A stretch of DNA of 64,000 nucleotides, taken from positions 66,650,001 through 66,714,000 of the forward strand of contig OZ024744.1 in NCBI GenBank assembly GCA_964016885.1. Reading direction: 5' to 3'. This stretch comes from Eledone cirrhosa (lineage: Eukaryota). The notes under the pieces were generated by a model, which searched no databases, was not told the DNA's origin, and saw only the letters and a list, made by a program, of their open reading frames with translations. Both the position numbers and the translations under genes were made by a program. Below are positions 38,000-50,038 of the stretch, one piece after another. Each line of letters begins with the position of its first letter. Position 1 is the stretch's first letter.

Positions 38000-38634
38000 T
38001 TAAAAGACCAGAAACAATGCAGAGTAGACAACCCTCTTTAGACTTGCAGGAAGAAAGCAACTTCTCTAATGTAGGTGCCATGATAAAATTATTATTCTTA
38101 TCCTTGGGATCATCAGTTACTACTTCAAAGTCCTGAACATTTAGAAAAGATTCAGTGTCAACCATATTCCTTTCATCAATATGTCCAATGTTGATTTGCA
38201 ATAAAGAAGCTTTTACAGCAGCAGACCTCTTTTCATTAGCTTCAGTTGACAATTGTCATTTCACTGTTTGCTATATTATGTTACTACAATTTTCTTTGAA
38301 TCTGTAGCTGACTTTGGTTCAACAGCCTAGTTAAAAAGAACCATGTGGTTACTTTCTGAATAATACTGGAGGTAATGTCTAGCGATGAAGTCAGTAATAG
38401 ACTTACACTTTTTCCTAACATCATGTTCCAGTAGTAAAGTCAGTATGTACCAACATATCATTCCAAAATTATTTACTTCATGTACTTCATTAAGTAGGGA
38501 TAGATTGTATGAGATAATTCTTCCAGAATTATTTGCTTCATGTTCTGATAGTAAAGTTATGTGCAAACAAACTCTTCCAAAATACTTTGTGTTCTGATAT
38601 TGCTAACCAATAGTTGTCACAAAAAAAAAAAAAT

Positions 38635-39040
38635 GAAAACAAGATCAAAGTGAATAAGAAGTTTGATATTAAAATCATAGTTTAAAATATATAGAAGCAA
38701 TATGTTAAAAAATTTAAATATGTTAAAATTGTAATTTTCATGTATTTACTTTTAATTTTGGTTTGAGCATATGAAAACAGGATCACAGTCAATAAGAAAT
38801 GTGATTTTAAAATCATAGTTTAAAATATATAAAAGCAATATGTTAAGAAATTAAAATATGTTAGAATTGTAATTTTTGCATATTTGCTTTTCATTTTAGT
38901 TTGTGCTGAGAAAAACAGGATCACAGTGAATACAAGGTTTGATTTTAAATTCATAGTTTAAAATATATAGAACCAACATTTTAAAAATTGTAAATGTTAA
39001 AATTGTAATTTTTACATATTTACTTTTCATTTTAGTCTGC
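38635..39040. repeat. AT-rich 138-bp tandem repeat, 3 copies
   Basis: aaaacaggatcacagtgaata...aaaatcatagtttaaaatatata...ttaaaattgtaattt starts near 38635, 38773 and 38911. Confidence 0.85.
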
Positions 39041-40145
39041 ACCTAGTATGACTTCTTAAAAATTGTAGGCTCAGGCCATCTGGCTAAGCTGATATCCTCT
39101 AGTCCATCTTGTATTACACAACATTATGTAATTGTTACAGTGAGATGAATACAAGAGATATACAGAAAATATGTAATAATGTTTTGTGACACAAGATATT
39201 TTCATTGTGGCTGTTGCAGAAAGATGAAAATAAACACATCTACAAGAGGAAAGTAACTAAACACATTTGAAACACCAGACATTGATATGGACCTCCCCCA
39301 GTTTCAATGATGAGTGTTTCAGTTGTTTGGTCAAAGGAACAGACTGCTCATGATATTAACATGTGAGTGATTAAACATTCCTCAAACAGATGTATATCTC
39401 AGAGAGATTCAATGTGACACAGTCTGTGACAAGGTTGTCTCTATGAATTACTAACAAAATTCATCTGAAAGGCTTTCAAACAGTTTCCATCTACCCAATT
39501 TCATTCACAAAGTTGGGATTGACTTGAGGCAATGGTAAATGACATTTGCCTAAGATGCCACACAGTGGGATCAAACCTGGGATCTAATAATTGCGAAGCA
39601 AACTTCTTCACCCTTCAGCCATACTTTGAGCACCAAACATTATCACTGAGTCAATGATATTAAGATGAAGGTCCACAGACCAACAAGAAATATATAACTA
39701 CACACTCATTTGTAAAACAGAATGTTATTACAGAGTATGTTGCAGGGAGATGTGGACACTGCAGTGCCAAATGGTTAAGAAGTTTGTTTCTATACTATTA
39801 GGTCCTGGGTTCAATCCTACTGCATGGCATCTTGGGCAATTTTCATTTACTATACATAGCTTTGGGTTGACTTAACCTTATGAGTGAAATTAGTCTGACA
39901 AAAACTGTTTGGAAACCTGTTGGATTGAGACTGCCTGTAATTGAAAGTACCAACCATGTCACACTGAATCTCCTTACAAATTATTTTAAGGTTATATATG
40001 TTACACATTCATTTGTTGAGCAAGTATCTCAGTTGATCAAACAACAGGAACACTTATTTTTAAAACCAAAGCAGGTCCATTTCATTCTTCCATTTCACAG
40101 GGAGATAAAGACCAGCAGAAAGTAAACACACCATGTTGTAACACT

Positions 40146-40455
40146 GAAGGCGCGTGGCTTTGTGGTTAGGGTATTTGGCTTACAATCAAAAGGTTGTGAG
40201 TTCAATTCCTGGTGGCACATTGTGTCCTTGAACAAGACACTTTATTTCATGTTGCTCCAGTCCACTCAGCTGGTAAAAATGAGTTGTACCTATAATTCAA
40301 AAAGCCAGCCTTGTCACATTCTGTATTACACCGAATCTCCCTGAGAACTGCATTAAGGTACACATGCCTGTGGAATGCTTTGCCACTTGAAAGTTAATTT
40401 CACGAGCAGGCTGTTTAACTGGAATACTCGTCATAACCGACGGAGTGCCAGTTTG
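40146..40455 (+). mobile_element. tRNA-derived SINE (CORE-like domain), near full length
   Basis: gaaggcgcgtggctttgtggttaggg, B box gagttcaattcc and gtgtccttgaacaagacact; flanked by ttgtaaca(c/t)t duplication. Confidence 0.8.
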
Positions 40456-40532
40456 TTGTAACATTAAATATAAATAAACCATTAGAGTGTTGAGTGAATC
40501 GAATTGAAATTCTTAGTAAATGTAGAGCATTG

Positions 40533-40724
40533 ACCAAAATTCTCTCACCTCTTTCTGTTGAAACTGGCTGTAACCAGTCGCTTATACTGATGTTAAGGTA
40601 TTGTTCTAAAAATAAATAATATCAAAATCTCATAGATTTAATATTATGTGAGATAATTATGTAAGGTAAAGCCTTTACTGCAAAAATATAATAGTGTATA
40701 TAAAGTAATGTAAATGCTAAAGGG
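40533..40724 (-). mobile_element. piggyBac-type MITE (truncated)
   Basis: Reverse copy of the MITE, ending gtaaatgctaaaggg. Confidence 0.8.
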
Positions 40725-40957
40725 TCAAATGAAAACTAATAAATCTATATAACTTCACACCATGTTGTAACACTAAATATTATAAATAAACCATGTGTCG
40801 AGTGAATTGAACTGAAATTCTTGGTATATGTAGAGCATTGAAAATAACTTGCTATAAATGATAGCTTAGAAGATTAAGTAAAATATCTTTAATGGCTGCT
40901 GGCCGCGTTTTTCTGTCTCTAGAGGTATTTTACCTGATCTTCTAAGCTATTATTTAA

Positions 40958-41135
40958 CTCTTTAGTATTTATTTACATTACTCTATATTTACTGTTAAAC
41001 ATTTATGGTAAAGGCTTTATCTCACAGAATATCCCACATATTTTGAATCTATGAGATTTTGATATTATTTATTTTGAGAACAATACCTTAACATAAGTAT
41101 GAGCAGCCAGTTACAGCCAGTTTGATCAAAAAGAG
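40958..41135 (+). mobile_element. piggyBac-type MITE, truncated by a (GGT/GAT)n tract at 41135-41440
   Basis: ttaa|ctctttag...tacattactctatatttac...gccagtttgatcaaaaagagg. Confidence 0.8.
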
Positions 41136-42059
41136 GTGGTGGTGGTGATGGTGGTGGTGGTGGTGGTGATAGTGGTGATGATGGTGGTGGTGGTGGTGGT
41201 GGTGGTGGAGGTGGTGATGATAGTGGTGATGATGGTGGTCGTGGTGGTGGTGGTGATGGTGGTGATGATGGTGGTGGTGGTGGAGGTGGTGGTGGTGGAG
41301 GTGGAGGTGGTGGTGGTGGTGGGTGTGGTGATGGTGGTGATGATGGTGGTGGTGGTGATGATAGTGGTGGTGGTGGTGGCGGTGGTGGTGGTAGTGGTGG
41401 TGGTGTTTCTGCTGCTGCTGCTGCTGCTGATGATGATGAGTATAATGATGAAACAATCCTTTAGTCAATTCAATGAGATATATCTTGTTAGCAGAGCCAT
41501 AGCTGTCATGATATCAGGAAGAAGATGTAAGGGACATTACTGTTTTTTTTTAAATTTTATATATAGACAAAAAGCACCTAGGCCACACAGTAGAGTGGCC
41601 ATGTAGGTGTCACGACAAAAAGTACCCAGCCCACATTTTGTAGTAGTCATGTAGGAATCACAAGAAAAAACACCCAGTACTCACTGTAAAGTGGTTGGGG
41701 GTTAGGAAGGGTATCCAGCTGTAGGAACCAAGCCAAAAGCAGTTCTTTATGAGGATGGCATTGTCACCTTCACTGATCAACTATCAGGTGATAGAAACCT
41801 CAGTAAGAAGTTGCCAGAACCAATGGAAAATCATGAATTGTGGAGAGATTTTGTTAGGAATGTTCGACTGTGGTTACAATGACGAATATGAACTCTAAAC
41901 AATTAGAATAGCAGACATTTCACTTTTCAACTTCATGATTGTTATGAATTATAAAAGTGATAGTATGCAACCATTCAAAAAGTTATGTATGGTATAGATA
42001 AACCACATTGTTTGATATATTACACAGATTATGTGTGTATATATATATATATAAATAAA

Positions 42060-42378
42060 AAAAAGATAAAGACCCCTTTGGTCACGACCATGCACCTAGA
42101 AAGTTTCCCTCCAAGGCACAAGTCTGGGCAAGGTTGTTTGTGGAAAACCAACAGTCTTCCATACATACCAGTCTCTGCTCTCCACACCACCGATATTGTC
42201 CAAGGGAAAGGCAATGGCTAATACAGCTTGGCACCAGTGATGTCGCAACTCATTTCTACAGCTGAGTAAATTGGAGCAACATGAAATAAAGTGTCTTGCT
42301 CAAGAACACAACGCATCACCTGGAATTGAACTCACAACCTTACAATTGCAAGCTCAATGCTCTAACCACTAAGCCATA
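42060..42378 (-). mobile_element. tRNA-derived SINE
   Basis: Minus strand reads tggcttagtggttagagc...gagttcaattccagg...gtgttcttgagcaagacactttatttcatgttgctcc. Confidence 0.8.
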
Positions 42379-42454
42379 CATAAATATGTATAGAATTATA
42401 AACCCAATCTATAATAAATAAAACTGAAAGATAATATTTAACAATGGTTTTATT

Positions 42455-42990
42455 TACATCCTTAGTGATGACATAATCTTACTTAAGTTGACAGAAGGTG
42501 ATCTTTGACTTGCACTTGATAGGTTTGATGCCAAGTGCTGCTTGACTGCGACAAAAATCTGTGCTGCGAAAACTGAGACACTCGTCCTCTCAAGGAAGCC
42601 TATGCAGTGCACTCTACATGTGAATGGAGTTTCATTGAAGCAAGTGGAGAAGTTCAAGTATCTCAGGGCCATGTTCATGAGTGATGGAAGGCAGGAGACT
42701 GAATTAAGTGCAAGAATTGTAGGAGCTGGTGCAGTAATGTGCCAGCTTCAGCATTCAGTCATCAGAAGAAAGATAGGTGTAAAAGCAAAACTTGTTATCT
42801 TCAATTTGATACTCATGCCAACTCTTAGAAGGGTCTTTGGAGTAACATTACTCGATAGAGTGTGTAACTCAGAGATCAGAGAGTCACTCCAGGTAGAGCC
42901 GCTACTTCTCCGAATTGAGAGTTCACAGCTCCGATACTATGGGCATGTGGTTAGAATGTCTCAGGAAAGAATTGCTGGACAGATTTTATG
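42455..42990 (+). mobile_element. RTE-type LINE 3' fragment with an internal deletion (related fragment near 47090-47370)
   Basis: KTETLVLSRK...LKQVEKFKYL...LRRVFGVTLLDRVCNSEIRESLQVEPLLLRIESSQLRYYGHVVRM. Confidence 0.85.
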
Positions 42991-43215
42991 GTGGTAGTGG
43001 TAGTAGTGATGATGATGATGATGATGCTGATAATGATGGGTGCTTTTTGTTGTGAAGCCTACATGACCAGTTTGCTGTGTGGCATCGGTGTGTATATATA
43101 AAATAAAAAAAAAACAAAAAAAAAACAGTTATGTCCCTTACATCTTCTTCCTGATATCATGACAGCTATGGCTCTGCTAACAAGATATATCTCATTGAAT
43201 TGACTGAAGGATTGT

Positions 43216-43247
<32 letters not shown>

Positions 43248-43540
43248 TATCATCATCATCATCATCATTACTGTTTAACATCTATTTTCAACACTAGCAT
43301 GGGTTAGATGAGTTGCCCTGTTGTGAGACAAACCAGGTCAGATGACTATGCCTTGCTTATACAGAACTAGTTTTGACTAGATTTCTACGACTGGATGCCC
43401 TTCCTAACACCAACCACATTTACAGTGTGTGCTTATTTATTACACACTTACTATTACAGTCTCAGTGATAATGTTTAGTGTTACACATGTGTCAGTGTGT
43501 GTGTGCGTGTATAAGTTACACATTCTCTGTAAATCACTAA

Positions 43541-43650
43541 ACATCATCACCATCATCATCATCATCACCATCATCATCATCACCATCACCATCACCATCA
43601 TCATCATCATCATCACCATCATCATCATCACCATCACCATCACCATCATC

Positions 43651-43681
<31 letters not shown>

Positions 43682-43862
43682 CCATCATCATCATCACCAT
43701 CACCATCACCACCACCATCATCATCATCATCATCATCATCAACATCATCATCATCATCATCACCACCACCACCACCACCACCCTCATCACCATCCCTACC
43801 ACCACCACCACCACCACCACCATCACCACTACCATCACTGTCATCATCATCATCATCATCAT
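43541..43862. repeat. (CAT/CAC)n microsatellite
   Basis: Compound trinucleotide run. Confidence 0.95.
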
Positions 43863-44220
43863 AAATTAAAAAATATCACATCAGTATGAAGTTGTAAAAG
43901 AATAGATGGTTCAATTTATTCATATATTTTTTTGTAATCCTTTTAAAGATATTTTGATAATTACAATCTTCTTTAATTCTTGCTGTTAGATTGGAATTAT
44001 CTCTACAAATAATATTTGTTTTTGACTATATTTCCATTTGGAGTTTATTACCAAATATTGGTCAGATTATATTTTCAGATAAGCCTGTACCAATAAGAAT
44101 TTCAACTACCTTATCATAAATTTTTACCATTTTCATAGAAGGTATACGGGACCTAATAGAAAAACATGTAATGTCCGGAGAAATAATACAAACTAAATGA
44201 CTGAAGAAGATGTCTTATAT

Positions 44221-44713
44221 CAGAGGTCCCTAACCTTATTGCATGAAATGGCCACATTAACATTCCAAATTTCAATGAGGGCCACCTATTAGAATTATCT
44301 ATACTATCGAAGACAGTTAACGTTTTTATGATAAAAGACTTGTATTTAAAGTTGCCGGGTATTCAATCCAAACTTGTCTAACACAAGCTTTTTTTTCTGG
44401 GAACATTTTTTGAAGTCTATCACGCTATTTATATGTTGAAGGATATAGAGAAACATACACTATCCCCCACCCCACCCACACACATACATGCACACACACA
44501 CACAGACACAGAAACACACACACACCCAACCCCCCCTCACACACACACACACACATTTTAGCCCTTTTTTGAAGTTCCATTGCCTATATGTTGGACCTTT
44601 TCTACACACCCACACATACACTTTACTCACACACAGATATATATATATACATATGAAGTGTGACGGAGAGAGAGACTGAGAGACAGAGAAACAGGTTTCC
44701 TTTTATAATATAG

Positions 44714-44744
<31 letters not shown>

Positions 44745-45115
44745 TGCAAAGTAGTTTGAATTTATATAAACATTGGTGCAAATACTTAAAACAACAAAAA
44801 ATCCTGCCATGCAGTTGCTAGCTACATACGAGTATAATTCTTATCTTATTAAGAGGGCCACACTGAACATCCTTAACCTTTTACCATTTACATTACTCTA
44901 TATTTACTATTGTATTTTCATAGTAAAGGCTTTATTTTACATAATTATCTCACATAATATTGAATCTATGAGATTTTGATATTATGTTTTTTGAGAACAA
45001 TACCTTAACATCAGTATAAGCAGCCATTTATGGCCAGTTTGAAGAATGAGAATTCTGACTGGATATTGCTAGTTTAAATGCTACAGTGTTAAGGGCTATA
45101 GTTTGGGGATCCCTG
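44221..45115. mobile_element. hAT/Charlie-like non-autonomous element carrying a nested piggyBac MITE (44877-45088)
   Basis: Ends cagaggtccctaacc / gtttggggatccctg with flanks tcttatat / ccttagat (6 of 8 match); the nested MITE is bounded by TTAA. Confidence 0.65.
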
Positions 45116-45394
45116 CCTTAGATTATTGAACAGAAAAGGTATGATCATCAGAGACAGTGTCTAACCATTCCATACATTCACCAAACAGCAGTCTTAGTAG
45201 CACAAAAAGCATGAAAGAAATCATCAAATTGGTAAAGGTTTTAGAATGTAGGATAGAATCCTTTTTAGCATTCTTTCTGGTTCTCTGAACTTTGAGTTCA
45301 AATCCTACCAATGTCAATTTTGCCTTTCATTCTTTCAGGGTTGATAAATAAAGTACCAGTCAAGTACTGGGGTTAGTTCTTCCTCTATTCTTTC

Positions 45395-45439
<45 letters not shown>

Positions 45440-45770
45440 TGAACTGTTATGCAGATAATGAGTGACCTCTCTCCCTCCCTTCCTCCCTCCCTCGCCTCTT
45501 TCCCCCTCTCTCCCCTAACTGTTTATGCAGTTATTTAACAATCCCTTGACACAGGCTATCATTAGGCACTTTTTATATCCAACACTTCTGTTTGTTTATA
45601 AACTTATAAACTTGTAAATAACATTACCATCATTCCACTTTTTCTCTCTTTATATATTTATTTAACTATTTATTTATTTAACTATTTATTTTGTATTGAT
45701 GGCTGGTTTTAAGTGTATGAGAACATCGTTTACACTGTATATTCATATATATACAGTGTAAACGATGTCC

Positions 45771-45827
<57 letters not shown>

Positions 45828-47871
45828 CCTGCCAACCTCTAAAAACTCAACAGGGAGTACCATGAAAAAAAGTGCCCTTCCCTGTGTATGTAAAAAAATT
45901 GATGGGATTCAGGCCTGAAGAAGGATGGGCTCGTCAGGTTTAAAATTGCACAAGTTTTAAGTTAAATAGAAAACCTTTAAATTGAGTGATTTTGTTTCAA
46001 AGAGCAAAAGACAGTTTTGATATCAAGAAATTTAAAGCAGATATAAAATGTTACATCATCTTGTATAGAGTCTAGTATGTTATGCCTAACACATAGAAAG
46101 GAAAGTTCTACTTTATAAGAAGAAAGGTCAAGCAGGATTGATAGTTAAGAAATACATGAATAATTTTACATATAAATTAAAAATCCTATAAAATCTAAAA
46201 GAGTTTGCTGGTATGTCGAAATCTTCTGGTAAAACAAAGGTTTACATTCTGATATGATGATTAATAACTTTTAAATTGATTAAACAGCTTCAATAAAAAA
46301 AATTTGCAGATATAATCCTTTAATTAATTTATAAGAGACATATATCATCAGCAAAAAAACAGCTGGCATAATAGCAAAAGAAGATAAGATGGACACAGCT
46401 GTTTTTGTTTTCCTTCTTTTGTATTAACAATTAGTATTTAACAGCGACATTGAAACCAACAGCTCTACTGGAAACTAGTAACACACAAATACACACACAC
46501 TCTATTATTGGAATGTATGTTTAAATTACCATAGATTTATTTTAAAGATTCAAATATTAACTGATCAAGCATTCAATACTTGTGGATAGAGTGTAAATTT
46601 TATTTATCTATGTAGCCTGTCACTGTAAATTTATGTTGGTACCACAGAACATCCAGTCCACACTAAAGTGGTCATGAAGGTGTCACGACAAAAAGCACCC
46701 ATACCACGCTGTAAAGAGGTTGTGTTGGAGACATGGTAAAAAGGCTCCCAGTCCACATTGTAAATGTGCTTGGTGTTAGGAAGGGCATCCAGCTATAGAA
46801 AAATTGCCGGATTCAGTCCTATACGAGTGAGACATGGTCACCCAATCAATCTTGTCCCAAGTGGGACAATTCCCATTTAACCAATGCTAGCGTGGAAGAT
46901 AGACGTCAAACGACGACAATGATGATGATGATGCATAGTAGCATGAAAACCAAATTGAAGATAGCAAGTTTGGCTTTTACGTCTACCTCCCTTCTGATTA
47001 CTGAGTGCTGAAGTTACCACATTACTCCACCAGCTCCTGCAATTATTGCACTTAATTCATCCTCCAGCCTTCCATCACTCATGAACACAGCCCAAGATGA
47101 ATCTTGGGTAATGACTGAAAGAAAACGATCGTGAAGGGTCTGTGGAGTAACGTTACTCAATAAAGTGTGTAGCTCGGAGATCGGAGAGTCACTCCTGGTA
47201 GAGCTGCTACTTCTCCAAATTGAGAGATCACAGCTCTGATACTGTGGGCATGTCTCAGGAAAGAATTGCTGGACAGATTTTACAGGCAAAACCAACCAGC
47301 AAGAGACCCAGAGGGTAGACCTCGATCAAGATGGTTGGATAACATCCATGAGCTTGGCTGGTCATGGTTGGAGGGATCAGCTGGAGGGAGGTTTTGAGGA
47401 TTCTGCCCCCATGTCTCTTGTAGGATTAAGTGGGCGAAGAAGGCGAAGAAGAAGAAGAAGAAGAAGAAGAAGAAGAAGAAGAAGAAGAAGAAGAAGAAGA
47501 AGAAGAAGAAGAATTCGACCTTTCATCATAATTTTATGTAAGAATTTTATGTAATGATGAAAAATTATTTGAAAATCACATGCAGTCTTTTTTTGGAAAT
47601 ATGGCAACAAAAATGTTAAAATATACATGCTCACTGTGACTTTTAAAATGTGGTGGATATCAATGTCAACTGATTTACTTAGTGAAGGTATGTGGCTAGG
47701 TGGTTTGGGTGTTTGGCTCACGATTATAAGGTCATGAGTTTGATTCTCAATGGTATGTTGTTTCCTTCACCAAGACAATTTATTTCATGTTACTTCTGTT
47801 TTCTTTATTACTTAACTGGCAAAAGTGAATTGTACTTGTAGTTTCATTTGTGTTCGTATTAAATGGGTTAA

Positions 47872-48079
47872 CCCTTTATCATTTACATTACTCTATATTT
47901 ACTATTGAATTTTTGTGGTAAAAGCTTTACCTCACATAATATCAAATCTATGAGATTTTGATGTTATTTATTTTGACAACAGTACCTTAACATCAGTATG
48001 AGTGGCCAGTTGCAGCCGGTTTGAACTGAAAAAGGTGAGAGAATTTTGGCCAGATACAGCCGGTTTAAATGCTAAAGGG
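47872..48079 (+). mobile_element. piggyBac-type MITE
   Basis: TTAA|CCCTTTATCATTTA...TAAATGCTAAAGGG|TTAA. Confidence 0.9.
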
Positions 48080-48479
48080 TTAAACATGTTCCCTTTCCTG
48101 AAATAACCACATGAAAAATATCATGGTCAGCACATTTATAATAGTTCTCTTATACACTGACATCAGTTTATAAAATTATTGAGCTTACTTAAAGGTACTT
48201 TGCTGAAACTAATAAAATCTCAATAATCTCAGTAAAGAATACTCAAATAAATCAACAGGCTTATAGAAAAGTAGTATTGGTAGTGGGGATGATTGCTCAC
48301 AGCACTTCATTACATGGACAAGTTCCATGGCTGAAAAGAATTGTTTGCTTCTTATAGAGATTTTAGTGGAATGTATGAGTGATGATGGCCAAGGAACAGA
48401 TCTAGATGCTGAAGAGACTCTAGACATTGACAAGACTCTAGACATTTATAAAACTCTCTGTTTAGCTTTCAGATAAAAG

Positions 48480-49130
48480 ATTATGAACGATTTTCATAAT
48501 TCTTCAGCATGGCAGTGCTGCAAGAGGGCATTGCCATTTCAAATCGAACTCTAGAGGCATGGAGAGTGATGAAAACATCCTGTGTGCTATCACACAATGC
48601 CCAAACATTGCATACTTGTGGGCTTGTGTCAAACAGTTGTTATTGAGTATAGGAAAGATCTGGAAATCAGCCAGGTCTATAGTGAAAATTGAACCACCAG
48701 CTTCCTTTAGAAGGGAGGCATGGCAAGTCATCCTCTGTCTGGTAATAAAGAAGAAAGCTATGTGATGGGCTCAATTAAATGGTGGGGTTATAGAGGAAGA
48801 TGCTGCCTTGAAAGTTTGTTTTATGAAAGATGGATGAAAGCAATGAGATTGACAAGGCTGGACAAGTCTACCCAGCCTATGCTTTTATATGCAAGGGAAA
48901 AGAAACCAAGAGAGGACACTTCCAATACCCTTGATGTAATAATAATCTGGAGTTTTGTGTTGGATTCTCCTTGTAATCACCCTAAAGTTCAGTCCCCTTC
49001 CCTTAGGGAACTTTTCCTCATTGAAATATATTATTGTTTATATTGTTATTATTGATAGTTATATCTACTGTTTTCCCTTTGGTGATGTCCTCTATTTTTC
49101 TTTTTCCTTCTTGTGCCCTTGTGGCAAATA
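48480..49130 (+). mobile_element. Old Tx1-type LINE 3' fragment
   Basis: SDENILCAITQCPNIAYLWACVKQLL...SARSIVKIEPP is homologous to the ORF2 C-terminus of the younger copies; ends cccttgtggcaaata. Confidence 0.75.
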
Positions 49131-49214
49131 TCAGTGGATTTATGTCAAACTGCGGCTGTCACCTGAATCCAGCTATCAGCTGAGTCCATTGTGACCTGCC
49201 ACATTTCATTATTC

Positions 49215-50038
49215 AGGAAGGTCAGGCTGTTTTTATCTAACTTGTTGCCATGGTGAAAGAGGATGTATGGTGGATGTGCTTGAAAGGGTTGAAGACGAAC
49301 ACTTTCCTCTTCCGCGAAGCCCTTATTAACTTCTTCAGGTTTGACTTACAGAGGAAAATGAGGGTGGAAAGGGAAGTGTTGCCTTCAAAGTAATTTGTTG
49401 AAAGGTGGGTGAGAGGGATGAGCATAGCTCGAGTGATTGGGCCCACCCTGAGTGTCAGCCTGTAGATTGGAGAACAACAAGGACAGGGCACTTACTCTAG
49501 AAGTCAGAGCACCCTCGATTTTATAGAGTTTTTTCAACGAGTGACCCTTGAACGTCTCCTCTTTATTGAGGAATCCTCTTTCTTTTAATTTTTATTGTTA
49601 TCTTTCTTTTTTAACATTGAAGGAAACAATCACCCACACACATACAATCTTTGCTTTCGCCCTGTGTCATCATAATGTTTTTCTCTAAGTAAACCTTTTG
49701 TGGTCAATAAAGAAATCATCATTATTATTATTATTATTATGAGAGAGGCAAGCATGGCCCGAGTGAATGGACCTACTCTGAATATGCGCCTGTAAATTGA
49801 AGGTGGAAAACTGGGAGAGGGCACTTGCCCTACTGGTTAGGGGCACTGTGGCTTTTTTAATGGGCTTTCTCCATGAATGTCCCTCAGAAGTCTCCCTCCT
49901 ATTGGGGAAGTTTTCATTGTTTCTTTTTTGTTACATCCTCCGTTTTTTTTTTTTTTTCATGCAGAAATGCCCATTTGCAACGCCCTGTATTATCTTTAAT
50001 GTTATACTTTGTGTCAACCCTTGTGGTTAATAAAGAAA
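49215..50038 (+). mobile_element. Two consecutive Tx1-type 3'-end fragments (about 49215-49716 and 49741-50038) separated by (ATT)n
   Basis: Each has the ORF2 end (..MARVNGPTL..), the 3'UTR and an aataaagaaa terminus. Confidence 0.85.

Noticed and set aside
41088-41468. Poly-His protein
   Set aside because: Antisense translation of a (GGT/GAT)n microsatellite.
48240-48450. Host exon or transposase fragment (acidic peptide SDDGQGTDLDAEETLDID on +)
   Set aside because: Too short, with no recognisable motif or supported splice structure.
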